A DNA stretch of 32,000 nucleotides from Catenibacterium mitsuokai (GCF_025148785.1 NZ_CP102271.1:77434-109433), one strand, 5' to 3'; counted from the stretch's first letter, positions 1 through 9,981 are shown. Program-made: numbers and translations. Notes: a model not told the origin generated them from the letters alone.

Positions 1-1
1 T

Positions 2-754
2 AAGTCAGATTCTAAAACTATTACAGTCGGTGCAACAACTTCACCACATGCTATTATCTTAAAGCATGTCCAGCCAGAATTTGAAAAAGCAGGATATACA
101 TTAAAGATTAAGGAATTCTCAGATTATCCTAATATCAACCCATCTACTTCAGATGGTTCATTAGATGCAAACTTCTTCCAGCATCAGCCATACTTAACTT
201 CTTACAACAAGGATAAAGGTTATAAGAAGGGTGATGATGGATATCTAGTATCCGTTGGTGCAATCCACTTTGAACCTTTAGGATTATATTCAACTAAATA
301 TAAAGCAGTATCTGATATTAAAGATGGTGCTAAGATTGCAATTCCTAATGATGCAACAAATGAAGCAAGAGCTTTATTATTACTTGCAGATAATGGTGTT
401 CTTACATTAAAGAAAGATGCAGGTGTAACTGCAACTAAGAAGGATGTTGTATCTTACAACAAAAAAGTTGAATTAGTAGAAGTAGATGCTGCACAGGTAG
501 CTTCTAAATTACCTGATGTTGATTTCGGTATTATTAATGGTAACTATGCTTTAGATGCAAAAGTAACTGATAAGATCATCACTTCTGAAGATTCAAATTC
601 TGAAGCAGCAAAGACTTACCAGAATATCATCGCTGTAAAAGAATCAAACAAAAACAATAAAGCAATTAAGAAACTTGTTGAAATCTTAAAGAGCGATAGC
701 ACTAAGAAATGGATTGAAAAGAAATTCGGAGTATCTGTAAAACCTGCAGAATAA
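2..754 (+). CDS. MetQ/NlpA-family substrate-binding lipoprotein, 3' part (start outside window)
   Basis: Open frame from base 2: KSDSKTITVGATTSPHAIILE...PTSDGSLDANFFQHQPYLTSYN...DFGIINGNYALDAK...; typical NlpA/MetQ sequence; stop at 752-754. Confidence 0.9.
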   Translation, partial: KSDSKTITVGATTSPHAIILKHVQPEFEKAGYTLKIKEFSDYPNINPSTSDGSLDANFFQHQPYLTSYNKDKGYKKGDDGYLVSVGAIHFEPLGLYSTKYKAVSDIKDGAKIAIPNDATNEARALLLLADNGVLTLKKDAGVTATKKDVVSYNKKVELVEVDAAQVASKLPDVDFGIINGNYALDAKVTDKIITSEDSNSEAAKTYQNIIAVKESNKNNKAIKKLVEILKSDSTKKWIEKKFGVSVKPAE

Positions 755-762
755 TGAATTGA

Positions 763-787
763 GGCGGTCAATTGACCGCTTTTTATT
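763..787 (+). terminator. Rho-independent terminator
   Basis: GCGGTCAATTGACCGC hairpin followed by TTTTTATTT. Confidence 0.8.
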
Positions 788-838
788 TATCTAGAAGAGT
801 ATTTCTTATATAATAGTTCTATAAGGAGGTCAATCTTT

Positions 839-1366
839 ATGGAATTTGATCAGTTATTAAAAGAAAGATATTCTGTTAGAAAGTTTTCTAATCAGAAGGT
901 AGAAAAAGAAAAAATAGATAAAATATTAGAAGCTGCAAGAATAGCACCTACAGCTGTAAACTATCAGCCACAAAGAATACTTGTAGTAGAAGATCCAGAT
1001 AATCTTGCAAAACTAAAGGAATGTACTAGATATCATTTCCATGCGCCTCTCGCAATGATCTTATGTTATGACAAGACTGTATCATGGAAAGATATGCATA
1101 ATAGAGAATGTGGTGAAGTAGATGTGTCTATTATGGCTACATATATGATGCTTAAACTCTTTGATTTAGGATTAGGGTCTACTTATGTAGGTTCTTTTGA
1201 TTATAAGGAGTTAATCAAACAGTTTAATATTCCTGAAAATTATGTACCAGTGATGATCTTACCTATTGGTTATCCAAGAGAGGATTGTGTACCTGGACCA
1301 ATGCATGATAAGAGAAAACCACTCAATGAGATTGTCTCGTATGAGGAATATACACAGGGGGAATAA
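839..1366 (+). CDS. Nitroreductase family protein
   Basis: MEFDQLLKERYSVRKFSNQKVEKEKIDKILEAARIAPTAVNYQPQRILVV; AAGGAGG upstream. Confidence 0.9.
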   Translation: MEFDQLLKERYSVRKFSNQKVEKEKIDKILEAARIAPTAVNYQPQRILVVEDPDNLAKLKECTRYHFHAPLAMILCYDKTVSWKDMHNRECGEVDVSIMATYMMLKLFDLGLGSTYVGSFDYKELIKQFNIPENYVPVMILPIGYPREDCVPGPMHDKRKPLNEIVSYEEYTQGE

Positions 1367-1368
1367 TA

Positions 1369-1830
1369 ATGGAGTTATTAATAAAACAATTAGAAGAACT
1401 TATTTCACCAAATGAATGGTTTGTGACTAACTTGTCTAATGCAAGTGCGTTACTCGTGGATGCGATTGATGATTTAAGCTGGGTAGGATTTTATATGATG
1501 AGAGCAGGGGAACTTGTCTTAGGTCCTTTCCAGGGTAAAGTGGCATGTACACATATTAAAGTAGGTAAAGGGGCCTGCGGTGTATGTGTACAGGGAGATC
1601 AGACAATTCTTATTGAAGATGTGACGACATTCCCTGGCTATATTGCCTGTGATGCAGAAGCAAAGTCTGAAATTGTAGTCCCTTTACATGATGAAGAAGG
1701 TAAAGTGATTGCGGTATTGGATGTTGATTCGAATAGTTTAGGTCGTTTTGGAGACAAGGAACAGGAGTTATTTGAGGCTCTTGGAAAAGTATTGGAGAAA
1801 TCATTATGGAGCGAAAAAGCAGACGTTTAA
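1369..1830 (+). CDS. GAF-domain protein, free methionine-(R)-sulfoxide reductase type
   Basis: WVGFYMMRAGELVLGPFQGKVACTHIKVGKGACGVCVQGDQTILIEDV...GYIACDAEAKSEIVVPL, a hallmark fRMsr pattern with the expected cysteines. Confidence 0.85.
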   Translation: MELLIKQLEELISPNEWFVTNLSNASALLVDAIDDLSWVGFYMMRAGELVLGPFQGKVACTHIKVGKGACGVCVQGDQTILIEDVTTFPGYIACDAEAKSEIVVPLHDEEGKVIAVLDVDSNSLGRFGDKEQELFEALGKVLEKSLWSEKADV

Positions 1831-2324
1831 GTTATATTCTCAGACATTGTCCAGAAAGTATTGATCTTGAACTAGATGATCATGGATATGGTGATGTTAA
1901 TAAGATATTAGAAGCGTTAAATATCACAATAGAAGACTTAGATATGATTGTGAGAGAAGATGAGAAACAGCGCTATTCATATAATGGAGATCATACAAGA
2001 ATACGTGCAAATCAAGGACATTCTATTCCTGTGAATGTGGATTTAAAAGAAGTACAACCACATGATATTCTTTATCATGGAACAGCGACTCGTTTTGTAC
2101 CTTCTATTCTAGAAGAAGGTATATTAAGTCAGACACGTATATATGTTCACTTATCTCAAGATATAGAAACCGCAATGACGGTTGGTTCAAGACACGGGGA
2201 ACCATATGTCTTTACTATTGATACTAAACAGATGTATGAAGATGGATACAAGTTCTATCTTTCAGAAAACAATATCTATCTTACAAAGATTATACCTGCA
2301 AAATACTTGAAGGCTTCCACTTAA
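1806..2324 (+). CDS. kptA: RNA 2'-phosphotransferase (Tpt1/KptA family)
   Basis: RRLSYILRHCPESIDLELDDHGYGDV..., TRIRANQGHSIPVNVDL, LYHGTATRFVPSILEEGI; overlaps the upstream gene by 25 nt. Confidence 0.88.
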   Translation: MERKSRRLSYILRHCPESIDLELDDHGYGDVNKILEALNITIEDLDMIVREDEKQRYSYNGDHTRIRANQGHSIPVNVDLKEVQPHDILYHGTATRFVPSILEEGILSQTRIYVHLSQDIETAMTVGSRHGEPYVFTIDTKQMYEDGYKFYLSENNIYLTKIIPAKYLKAST

Positions 2325-2336
2325 GGAAGCTTTTTT
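2312..2336 (+). terminator. Rho-independent terminator after kptA
   Basis: GCTTCC-ACTTAA-GGAAGC then TTTTTT. Confidence 0.75.
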
Positions 2337-2375
2337 GTGCTATACTTGTTGAGAGAATATGAAGGAGGGGGTTTT

Positions 2376-4721
2376 ATGACTCTAGATGAGTTAAAGATTG
2401 GTGAAAGTGCTACAGTGACTTATGTAGGGGGCTCTGGGTCATTAAGACAACATTTCCTAGATATGGGTTTAATACCAGGTTCTGTTGTAACATTGGAAAA
2501 ATTCGCCCCAATGGGTGATCCAATGGAATTACGTATTCATGGCTATGAGCTAACATTACGTTTAGATGATGCAAAAAAGATTGGAATAGATATGACAACT
2601 AAAGGTGTAGAGAATCATACACCTATTCCACCTATTCAACACCATATTCATCCAGGACTCGGTGAAGGTGGTAAATATCATGATAAAGAGACTGAAAATC
2701 CTTTATCAGAAGGAACACAGATTACCTTTGCGTTAGCAGGTAACCAGAACTGTGGTAAAACGACATTATTTAATCAATTAACAGGTTCTAATCAACATGT
2801 AGGGAACTTCCCTGGTGTGACTGTTGATAGAAAGAGTGGGTCTATTAAAGGACATCCAGAAACACTTGTAACTGATTTACCAGGTATTTATTCTTTATCT
2901 CCTTATACAAGTGAAGAATTAGTATCTAGACAGTATATCTTAGATGAAAAACCTAAAGGAATCATCAACATCGTAGATGCAACAAATATAGAAAGAAACC
3001 TATATCTCACTATGCAGTTAATGGAACTAGATGTACCAATGGTTCTAGCACTGAATATGATGGATGAAGTAAGAGGTAATGGTGGTTATGTTCATCTAAA
3101 TAAGATGGAAGAACTATTGGGTATCCCAGTTGTTCCTATTTCTGCTGCTAAGAATGAAGGTATTGATGAACTAGTGAATCATGCCATCCATGTAGCGAAA
3201 TATCAAGAAGCACCTTTAAGACAGGACTTTTGTGATGAAAATGATGAAGGTGGAGCAGTGCATAGATGCTTACATGCCATCATGCATTTAATTGAAGACC
3301 ATGCAAAGCGAGCTGGTATTCCATTACGTTTTGCGGCTAATAAATTAGTAGAAGGTGATGCAAGAGTAGAAGCAGCCTTAGACCTTGATACAAATGAAAA
3401 AGAAATGATTGAACATATCATTTCACAGATGGAAGAAGAAAGAGGATTAGACCGTACTGCTGCTATTGCGGATATGCGTTTTACCTTTATTAATAAATTA
3501 GTTAAAGAAACAGTGGTTAAACCACATGAAAGTAAAGAAAGAGAAAGCAGCCGTAAGATTGATGAAGTCTTAACAGGTAAATACACTGGTCTTCCTGCTT
3601 TTATCATTATTATGGGACTCGTATTCTTTTTAACATTTAATGTACTTGGTGCCTGGGGACAGTCACTTATGGAAATAGGCGTTGATGCTTTGACTCAAGT
3701 TGTAGATAAAGGACTCACTGCTTGGGATATTAACCCAGTCCTTCATTCATTAGTCATTGATGGTGTATTCCAGGGTGTTGGTTCTATTATTAGTTTCTTA
3801 CCTATTATTGTTATTTTATTCTTCTTCTTATCATTATTAGAAGATACAGGATATATGGCTCGTGTCGCTTTTGTAAGTGATAAACTACTCAGAAAAATCG
3901 GTTTATCAGGAAGAAGTATTGTGCCAATGTTGATTGGATTTGGATGTTCTGTACCAAGTGTTATGGCCAGCCGTACACTCCCTTCAGAACGTGACCGTAA
4001 GATGACAATCATGTTGACACCATTTATGAGCTGTACTGCAAAGCTTCCAATCTATGCATTCTTTGCAGCTGCATTCTTCCCAAAACAGGCTGGACTGGTC
4101 ATGGTTGGATTATATATCTTTGGTATTGTGATGGGTATTATTACAGCCCTCATTTCTAAGCGTTTCTTATTCAAAGGTGAAGCTGTTCCATTTGTGATGG
4201 AACTCCCTAACTATCGTATGCCTAGCGCAAAAACTACTTTCCAGTTATTATGGGAAAAAGCCAAGGATTTCTTACAAAGAGCCTTTGGTATTATCTTTAT
4301 CGCTTCTATTGTCATTTGGTTCTTACAGAGCTTTAATTTAAGATTAGATTTAGTCTCTAATTCACAGGATAGTATTCTTGCAATGGTGGCAGGATTTATT
4401 GCGCCAATCTTCAAACCTTTAGGTTTTGGTGATTGGAGAATTTCTACATCACTTATTGCAGGATTTATGGCAAAAGAAAGTGTTGTTTCTACACTCTCAG
4501 TATTATTTAAAGGAACAGAATCTTTAATGACAATACTTACACCTCTCGGTGCATTATCACTCTTAATATTCTGTTTATTATATACACCTTGCGTGGCAGC
4601 TATCGCTTCTATTAGAAGAGAACTAGGCGCTACATGGGCTGTGAAGATAGTTATCTTCCAGTGTGTTATTGCCTGGATTTGTGCCTTTATCGTACATACT
4701 ATTGGATTACTCTTCATATAA
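2376..4721 (+). CDS. feoB: Ferrous iron transport protein B with N-terminal FeoA domain (FeoA-FeoB fusion)
   Basis: FeoA-like MTLDELKIGESATVTYVGGSGSLRQHFLDMGLIPGSVVTLEKFAPMGDPMELRIHGYELTLR, then GNQNCGKTTLFNQLTG, FPGVTVD, DLPGIYSLSPYTSEE. ORF-track start (2337) is 13 codons too early; GGAGGGGG precedes ATG 2376. Confidence 0.93.
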   Translation: MTLDELKIGESATVTYVGGSGSLRQHFLDMGLIPGSVVTLEKFAPMGDPMELRIHGYELTLRLDDAKKIGIDMTTKGVENHTPIPPIQHHIHPGLGEGGKYHDKETENPLSEGTQITFALAGNQNCGKTTLFNQLTGSNQHVGNFPGVTVDRKSGSIKGHPETLVTDLPGIYSLSPYTSEELVSRQYILDEKPKGIINIVDATNIERNLYLTMQLMELDVPMVLALNMMDEVRGNGGYVHLNKMEELLGIPVVPISAAKNEGIDELVNHAIHVAKYQEAPLRQDFCDENDEGGAVHRCLHAIMHLIEDHAKRAGIPLRFAANKLVEGDARVEAALDLDTNEKEMIEHIISQMEEERGLDRTAAIADMRFTFINKLVKETVVKPHESKERESSRKIDEVLTGKYTGLPAFIIIMGLVFFLTFNVLGAWGQSLMEIGVDALTQVVDKGLTAWDINPVLHSLVIDGVFQGVGSIISFLPIIVILFFFLSLLEDTGYMARVAFVSDKLLRKIGLSGRSIVPMLIGFGCSVPSVMASRTLPSERDRKMTIMLTPFMSCTAKLPIYAFFAAAFFPKQAGLVMVGLYIFGIVMGIITALISKRFLFKGEAVPFVMELPNYRMPSAKTTFQLLWEKAKDFLQRAFGIIFIASIVIWFLQSFNLRLDLVSNSQDSILAMVAGFIAPIFKPLGFGDWRISTSLIAGFMAKESVVSTLSVLFKGTESLMTILTPLGALSLLIFCLLYTPCVAAIASIRRELGATWAVKIVIFQCVIAWICAFIVHTIGLLFI

Positions 4722-4802
4722 TTATTTTTTTAAAAATAGTTGTAATGTTTGATACATTTATTGTGATTAATTATAATAAAAGTATTGAAGGAGGTGTTCG
4801 TC

Positions 4803-5243
4803 ATGAGATTATCTAAAATCATACTTTATTCAGATGCGAAAGGACGTGGAGTAAAACCGGATGCTTGCGTAGAAGTCAGTCAGCGTTTAACAATCATGCG
4901 TGATGGACACATCTGGTTTACTGGATATGATTATGGAGATGGATTTAACTCTAGAAGAATCATTAGACGTAAAAGAGTGAATATAGGTCAGGAAAAAGCA
5001 GAAACACTCTTAGAGCTATTAAGAGAATTCTTTCTTGAAACATCTAATCATCCATCCTCTACAAATCGTGACTGGTGGCGTATTCAGTTAATTGATGAAG
5101 ATGGACATGAATACAACTATAATGTATCTGTCGTAGGAGATGTTATTCTTAAAGAAATTGATATGACACAATATATGAGGAATATTATTCCTATAGATGA
5201 TATGTACTTGTTTGGGAAAAAGGATTCACATAATTTGACATAA
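4803..5243 (+). CDS. Conserved-looking protein of unknown function
   Basis: MRLSKIILYSDAKGRGVKPDACVEVSQRL...; GGAGGTG SD 6-12 nt upstream of ATG 4803; ORF-track TTG at 4785 lies upstream of the SD. Confidence 0.6.
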   Translation: MRLSKIILYSDAKGRGVKPDACVEVSQRLTIMRDGHIWFTGYDYGDGFNSRRIIRRKRVNIGQEKAETLLELLREFFLETSNHPSSTNRDWWRIQLIDEDGHEYNYNVSVVGDVILKEIDMTQYMRNIIPIDDMYLFGKKDSHNLT

Positions 5244-5346
5244 TCGAATTATAATCTTAACACAATCATTAAGTATTATATATATCGTAGTCAAACAATC
5301 CCTTCCCTTCGTTAGGCTACAAAGTACAAGTGTAAATACAAGAAAG

Positions 5347-5378
5347 AAGATAAGTGTTCCCCATGCTTATCTTTTTTC
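5347..5378 (+). terminator. Rho-independent terminator
   Basis: AGATAAG...CTTATCT followed by TTTTTT. Confidence 0.7.
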
Positions 5379-5440
5379 TTTATCATATAGTTTGTGTTTA
5401 CTAACTAGTTTATGTAGTATGAATGACAGGAGGTATTTAT

Positions 5441-6187
5441 ATGGTTTTAATTATACCCTTTATTGGAACAACATTAGGTGCAGCTTGTGTGTTCTTTATG
5501 AAAAAAGAATTAAGTATGAATATACAAAAAGCACTCACTGGATTTGCAGCAGGTGTAATGGTTGCTGCCTCTATTTGGAGTTTAATTATTCCTTCACTTG
5601 AGCAGGCATCTACCTTTATTCCTACCCTTATTGGATTTTGGTTAGGTATTCTATTCTTATTATTACTTGATCATTTGATTCCTCATATGCATTTAGATCA
5701 TAGTCAGGAAGGACCGCGTAGTCACTTATCTCAAACAATCAAGCTTGTACTTGCAGTCACGATTCATAACATTCCTGAAGGAATGGCAGTCGGTATTGTT
5801 TATGCTTCTAACTTATCAGGAAATCCTACAATTACGGCTATGGGTGCACTCGCATTATCACTAGGTATCGCAATACAGAATTTTCCTGAAGGTGCTATTG
5901 TATCCATGCCTTTAAGAAGTACAGGGGCGTCTCGATTGAAGTCTTTTATGTATGGCACATTATCAGGTATTGTAGAACCCATAGGAGGTCTTATTACAAT
6001 CTTACTTGCACGTTATATTATCTCAGTGATGCCTTATCTACTTAGTTTTGCGGCAGGCGCAATGATGTATGTGGTAGTAGAAGAATTAATTCCTGAGATG
6101 AGTCAGGGAGAACATTCACACCTAGGTGTCTTGTTTTTTTCAGTAGGTTTTACTTTGATGATGGTTCTAGATGTGGCATTAGGTTAA
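5441..6187 (+). CDS. ZIP-family metal transporter
   Basis: MVLIIPFIGTTLGAACVFFMK..., AVTIHNIPEGMAVGI, IAIQNFPEGAIVSMPL; AGGAGG before ATG 5441 (ORF-track start 5423 is upstream of the SD). Confidence 0.9.
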   Translation: MVLIIPFIGTTLGAACVFFMKKELSMNIQKALTGFAAGVMVAASIWSLIIPSLEQASTFIPTLIGFWLGILFLLLLDHLIPHMHLDHSQEGPRSHLSQTIKLVLAVTIHNIPEGMAVGIVYASNLSGNPTITAMGALALSLGIAIQNFPEGAIVSMPLRSTGASRLKSFMYGTLSGIVEPIGGLITILLARYIISVMPYLLSFAAGAMMYVVVEELIPEMSQGEHSHLGVLFFSVGFTLMMVLDVALG

Positions 6188-6251
6188 TTCGTAGTATTCA
6201 TCTTTACTATTATTTGAATTAAGCATAAGATAGAGATAAGAGGTGAAATAA

Positions 6252-7199
6252 ATGCGAAAGATACTCATAGTTTTATTGATGTCTTTGTTTTTTATAAGCC
6301 CAGTTTATGCAGATAATCATGTAGTCAATGTAAGTTATGATGGTGAAGTAACAACGGCTTCTGGAACAGCACCATCACTTCCACTCAAGGCAAGGATTAC
6401 TTTCTATGATGGGAGTGAGAAGGATTATAATATCGACTGGAATACATATGATGAAAGCTTATATAAGACAAGAAATGCAAGTCAATTTACTGTCACAGGT
6501 TCTATTTCAGACTTGCAGCTTACTACAAATTGTATAGTGAATGTAGAAGCGGCTAAAATAACGCATATCGATGAATTGTCTAATAAAACAGTGATTATAG
6601 GAAGTGCACTTTCTTTACCTGCAACAGCTTCTGTGACTTGGTCTAATGGAGATCACACAAATGAAGTGATTAAATGGGATAACTATGATGGGAATGCATT
6701 GAAGTATGTGCATACTTTTTCATTAAAGGGCTATGTGTATAACAGTACAATTATACAGACGGTTCATGTGAAGGATGCATCTGTTACAAGTGTGAGTGTT
6801 CCTGCAGTTGTTTCTACTACAGCGGGTGTAGAAGCAGAATTACCACAATATGCGACAGTCAGATATTCCAATAAAACAAGTAAGAAAGTAAAAATCATCT
6901 GGGATAATCAAGTTTTTAATGAACCAGGTAAATATACAGTTTATGGAAAACTATCTCATTCTACACATAAGGTATCTATTCGTGTAGAAGTGAAGAAAAA
7001 TGAAGATAATACACAAACACCAGAACAGAAACAACCTGTAAAAAAGACAAAGACAGAGAAAAAGAAGAAGGTTCAAAAAGAAGAGAAATCATCGTTTTCT
7101 TATGTGATGGCATTAGCTGTATTTATGGCTTTTGTGTTTGGGTTTATTACATTAATTTCTTTTATTAAAAGAAAGATTAGAATTCAAGAGAATCGTTAA
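6252..7199 (+). CDS. Secreted/membrane-anchored protein with tandem Ig-like domains
   Basis: N-terminal signal peptide MRKILIVLLMSLFFISPVYA; repeats with ITFYDGSEKDYNIDWNTYD / VTWSNGDHTNEVIKWDNYD / VRYSNKTSKKVKIIWDNQVFNEPGKYTVYGKL; Lys-rich linker, C-terminal TM and basic tail. Confidence 0.7.
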   Translation: MRKILIVLLMSLFFISPVYADNHVVNVSYDGEVTTASGTAPSLPLKARITFYDGSEKDYNIDWNTYDESLYKTRNASQFTVTGSISDLQLTTNCIVNVEAAKITHIDELSNKTVIIGSALSLPATASVTWSNGDHTNEVIKWDNYDGNALKYVHTFSLKGYVYNSTIIQTVHVKDASVTSVSVPAVVSTTAGVEAELPQYATVRYSNKTSKKVKIIWDNQVFNEPGKYTVYGKLSHSTHKVSIRVEVKKNEDNTQTPEQKQPVKKTKTEKKKKVQKEEKSSFSYVMALAVFMAFVFGFITLISFIKRKIRIQENR

Positions 7200-7220
7200 G
7201 GATTCTCTTTCTATTTTTAT
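7186..7220 (+). terminator. Rho-independent terminator
   Basis: AAGAGAATC-GTTAAG-GATTCTCTT followed by a T-rich run. Confidence 0.7.
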
Positions 7221-7252
7221 TTACATAGTAAGCGCTTGCTGGAGGGTAGGAT

Positions 7253-8158
7253 ATGAATGAAATAAGGGGTGTTAGAAAAAAGAATGTGATGAAGATTATT
7301 CAATCATTAGTGAAACAAGGTGGTTGTACTAAGAATGAATTAGTATTTTATACAGGTTTATCTTTGTCTACGATTGATAGTCTTTTAGAAGAAATGTTGA
7401 AAAGTAATCGAGTGATTAAGGCAGGCTATAGAGAATCAACAGGTGGAAGACCAAGCATGTCTTATAAGGTGAATGGAGAATTTTCACAGACTTTATGTAT
7501 TTATGCATATAAGCATGATAAGACAATAACAGTTATAGGACGTCTTTATAATCTTTATAGTGAGATGATGGAAGAAAAGAGAAGGGATATACCTAAGTTA
7601 GATTGTGATGTATTGTGTTCTTTTATAGATGAGATGTTGAATGAACAGGTGCATACAATATGCCTTTCTTTACCTGATTGTGATATAGATATAAATCATC
7701 GTTATAAACAACGAGTATTCGTAAAGAATGATGTGTATATGGGAGTTATAGGCGCTTATATTAAGCATATGCAGTATGATTCTATAGTCTTATTAGATTC
7801 AAAAGTCAATTCACGTTTAGGAATAGTGGTACATGGACATCTTGTAGAAGGAAAGAGTTCTATTGCTGGACAGATTCGTTATATGCCTTTGATAGAAAAT
7901 AAGAATAGACGTTCTATGAAAGGCAGAAGCCAATCACTTGTCATAGAACTACAGAATATTATTGGTATGTTGAATCCTGAAGCCATTGTGATATGTGCTC
8001 AAGGTATTGATCAACATTATGTAGAAGAAGAATTATTAAAGATCTTTAAAATGAATGATATGCCACACTTGATATATATTGATGATTTTATTGATGAGGT
8101 CATGTTAGGTATGGAGAGTATAAGTAAAGACAGTTTATTTGACAATCTATCAAGATAA
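7253..8158 (+). CDS. ROK-like transcriptional regulator (N-terminal winged helix)
   Basis: IIQSLVKQGGCTKNELVFYTGLSLSTIDSLLEEMLKSNRVIKAGYRESTGGRPSMSYKVN; ROK-like C-terminal part (LNPEAIVICAQGI). Confidence 0.7.
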   Translation: MNEIRGVRKKNVMKIIQSLVKQGGCTKNELVFYTGLSLSTIDSLLEEMLKSNRVIKAGYRESTGGRPSMSYKVNGEFSQTLCIYAYKHDKTITVIGRLYNLYSEMMEEKRRDIPKLDCDVLCSFIDEMLNEQVHTICLSLPDCDIDINHRYKQRVFVKNDVYMGVIGAYIKHMQYDSIVLLDSKVNSRLGIVVHGHLVEGKSSIAGQIRYMPLIENKNRRSMKGRSQSLVIELQNIIGMLNPEAIVICAQGIDQHYVEEELLKIFKMNDMPHLIYIDDFIDEVMLGMESISKDSLFDNLSR

Positions 8159-8186
8159 AGTATGATGGTAGAAAGGGGTGAAATAG

Positions 8187-8969
8187 ATGTCACAAACAGT
8201 ATTGATTACAGGTGCTTCTAATGGAATAGGGAAAGCTTGTGCACGTGTGTTTGCGAGAAAAGGTTATGATCTTGTACTTGTAGCACGTCATAGAGAAAAA
8301 CTAGAAGCAGTAAAAGCAGAATTATCAGAATATGATGTAAATATTAAAGTGGTTGCGATGGATCTTACAGGAGAAGATGCTGCTGTGGATTTATATAATA
8401 ACTTAGTTCTTGATGATATAAGTATTGATATTCTAGTAAATAATGCAGGTTTTGGAGATCATGGTGCATTCCATGATTCATCGTGGGAAAAACAGAAAAA
8501 GATGGTTTTATTGAATATAATGGCTTTAATGCAGATGACTTATGTATTTGGTCAGTCAATGAAATTGAGAAAGAAAGGCCGTATATTGAATGTGGCTTCT
8601 ATTGCAGGACTTTGTGCAGGACCTTATATGTCTACCTATTATGCAACGAAAGCTTTTGTATTGTCTTTTAGTGAATCCATTGCGTATGAGTTAAAGGATT
8701 ATAATGTAGAAGTATCATGTTTATGTCCTGGTCCTACTAAAACAGGATTTATGGATGTAGCTAACTTAGGTCAGTCTCCGATGTTTAAATTATTTAAACC
8801 ACAGTCTGCAGAAGCAGTGGCTGAAATAGGTATTCAAGGATTGTTTGATAATCATTTGGTTCAGTTTACTGGTTTATCAGGACACTTATTAAATCTTGCC
8901 GCAAGACTCTTACCACGTTCATTTTTGAGTTCATGTACAGGATTTGTGAATGGAAAGAGAAAAGTATGA
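8187..8969 (+). CDS. Short-chain dehydrogenase/reductase
   Basis: TGASNGIGKACARVFARKGYDLVLVAR, NNAGFG, YYATKAFVLSFSE. Confidence 0.9.
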   Translation: MSQTVLITGASNGIGKACARVFARKGYDLVLVARHREKLEAVKAELSEYDVNIKVVAMDLTGEDAAVDLYNNLVLDDISIDILVNNAGFGDHGAFHDSSWEKQKKMVLLNIMALMQMTYVFGQSMKLRKKGRILNVASIAGLCAGPYMSTYYATKAFVLSFSESIAYELKDYNVEVSCLCPGPTKTGFMDVANLGQSPMFKLFKPQSAEAVAEIGIQGLFDNHLVQFTGLSGHLLNLAARLLPRSFLSSCTGFVNGKRKV

Positions 8970-9442
8970 TTGAACATCCATTAGAACCAATCATAGATGA
9001 ACAATGTGAAGTATTGATACTAGGGAGTTTCCCTTCAGTTAAATCAAGGGAAATTTCTTTCTATTATGGACATCCTCAAAATAGATTCTGGAAGATTATT
9101 GGTACGATCACACAAACAGACTATGAAACAATAGAAGATAAGAAAAAGATGTTACTGGAACATCATATTGCGATATGGGATATTATCCACTCATGTACGA
9201 TTATTGGAAGCAGTGATGCCTCTATTAAGGATGTAGTACCCAATGATATTAAGACATTAATACAAGGTACAAATATCAAAAGAATATATTGTAATGGAGG
9301 CACATCATTAAAACTTTATAAGAAATATCAGGAAAAAGAAACAGGAATCAAAGCGATACTTCTACCTTCCTCTTCTCCTGCCAATGCCCGTTATCGATTA
9401 TGTGATTTAGTTGATATATGGAAGAAGAAATTGACTTTATAA
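8966..9442 (+). CDS. DNA-deoxyinosine glycosylase / uracil-DNA glycosylase-superfamily protein
   Basis: ILGSFPSVKSREISFYYGHPQNRFWKIIG...HIAIWDIIHSCTIIGSSDASIKD...LLPSSSPANAR; ATG 8966 overlaps the SDR stop. Confidence 0.8.
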   Translation: MIEHPLEPIIDEQCEVLILGSFPSVKSREISFYYGHPQNRFWKIIGTITQTDYETIEDKKKMLLEHHIAIWDIIHSCTIIGSSDASIKDVVPNDIKTLIQGTNIKRIYCNGGTSLKLYKKYQEKETGIKAILLPSSSPANARYRLCDLVDIWKKKLTL

Positions 9443-9486
9443 AATCCTTTATGTATGATTAATCATGTTAATCAAGGAGGATAAAT

Positions 9487-9981
9487 ATGGAATCAATCGC
9501 ATTATGGTTTGCAGGAACATTAGGTAAATATATTTCACCTAAGATTGCAGTATTTATAGTTTCTTTAGTTCCTATTCTTGAATGTCGTGGAGGATTAATT
9601 GCATCTGCATTATTAAAAGTAGATATTCGTTATGCAGTTCCTATATGTATTCTAGGAAATATCTTACCAATTCCATTTATTTTGTTATTTATTAAACGTA
9701 TATTTAAATGGCTTAAGAAGTTTAACTTCTCTAGACCATTAATTGAAAAACTAGAAAACCGTGCTATGAATAAGAGTAAGGGTATGAGTAATGGTGAATT
9801 CTTAGGACTCTTATTATTTGTAGGAATCCCATTACCAGGTACTGGTGCATGGACAGGTTCTTTAGTGGCTGCATTACTTGATATGGACTTCAAGAAGGCT
9901 ATTACAGCTATCTTCTTAGGTATCTTACTTGCGACACTTATTGTTGGTTCATTATCATATGGCTTATTAGCTGCATTCTAA
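9487..9981 (+). CDS. Small multidrug export / COG2426-like membrane protein
   Basis: PIFIVSLVPILECRGGLIASALL-like motif, VGIPLPGTGAWTGSLVAALLDM; AGGAGG upstream. Confidence 0.75.
   Translation: MESIALWFAGTLGKYISPKIAVFIVSLVPILECRGGLIASALLKVDIRYAVPICILGNILPIPFILLFIKRIFKWLKKFNFSRPLIEKLENRAMNKSKGMSNGEFLGLLLFVGIPLPGTGAWTGSLVAALLDMDFKKAITAIFLGILLATLIVGSLSYGLLAAF

Noticed and set aside
5244-5346. Possible regulatory RNA or metal operator before the ZIP gene (TTAGGCTAC at 5312)
   Set aside because: Only a half-site resembling the feo operators, no CTAA partner at the right spacing, no recognised riboswitch signature.
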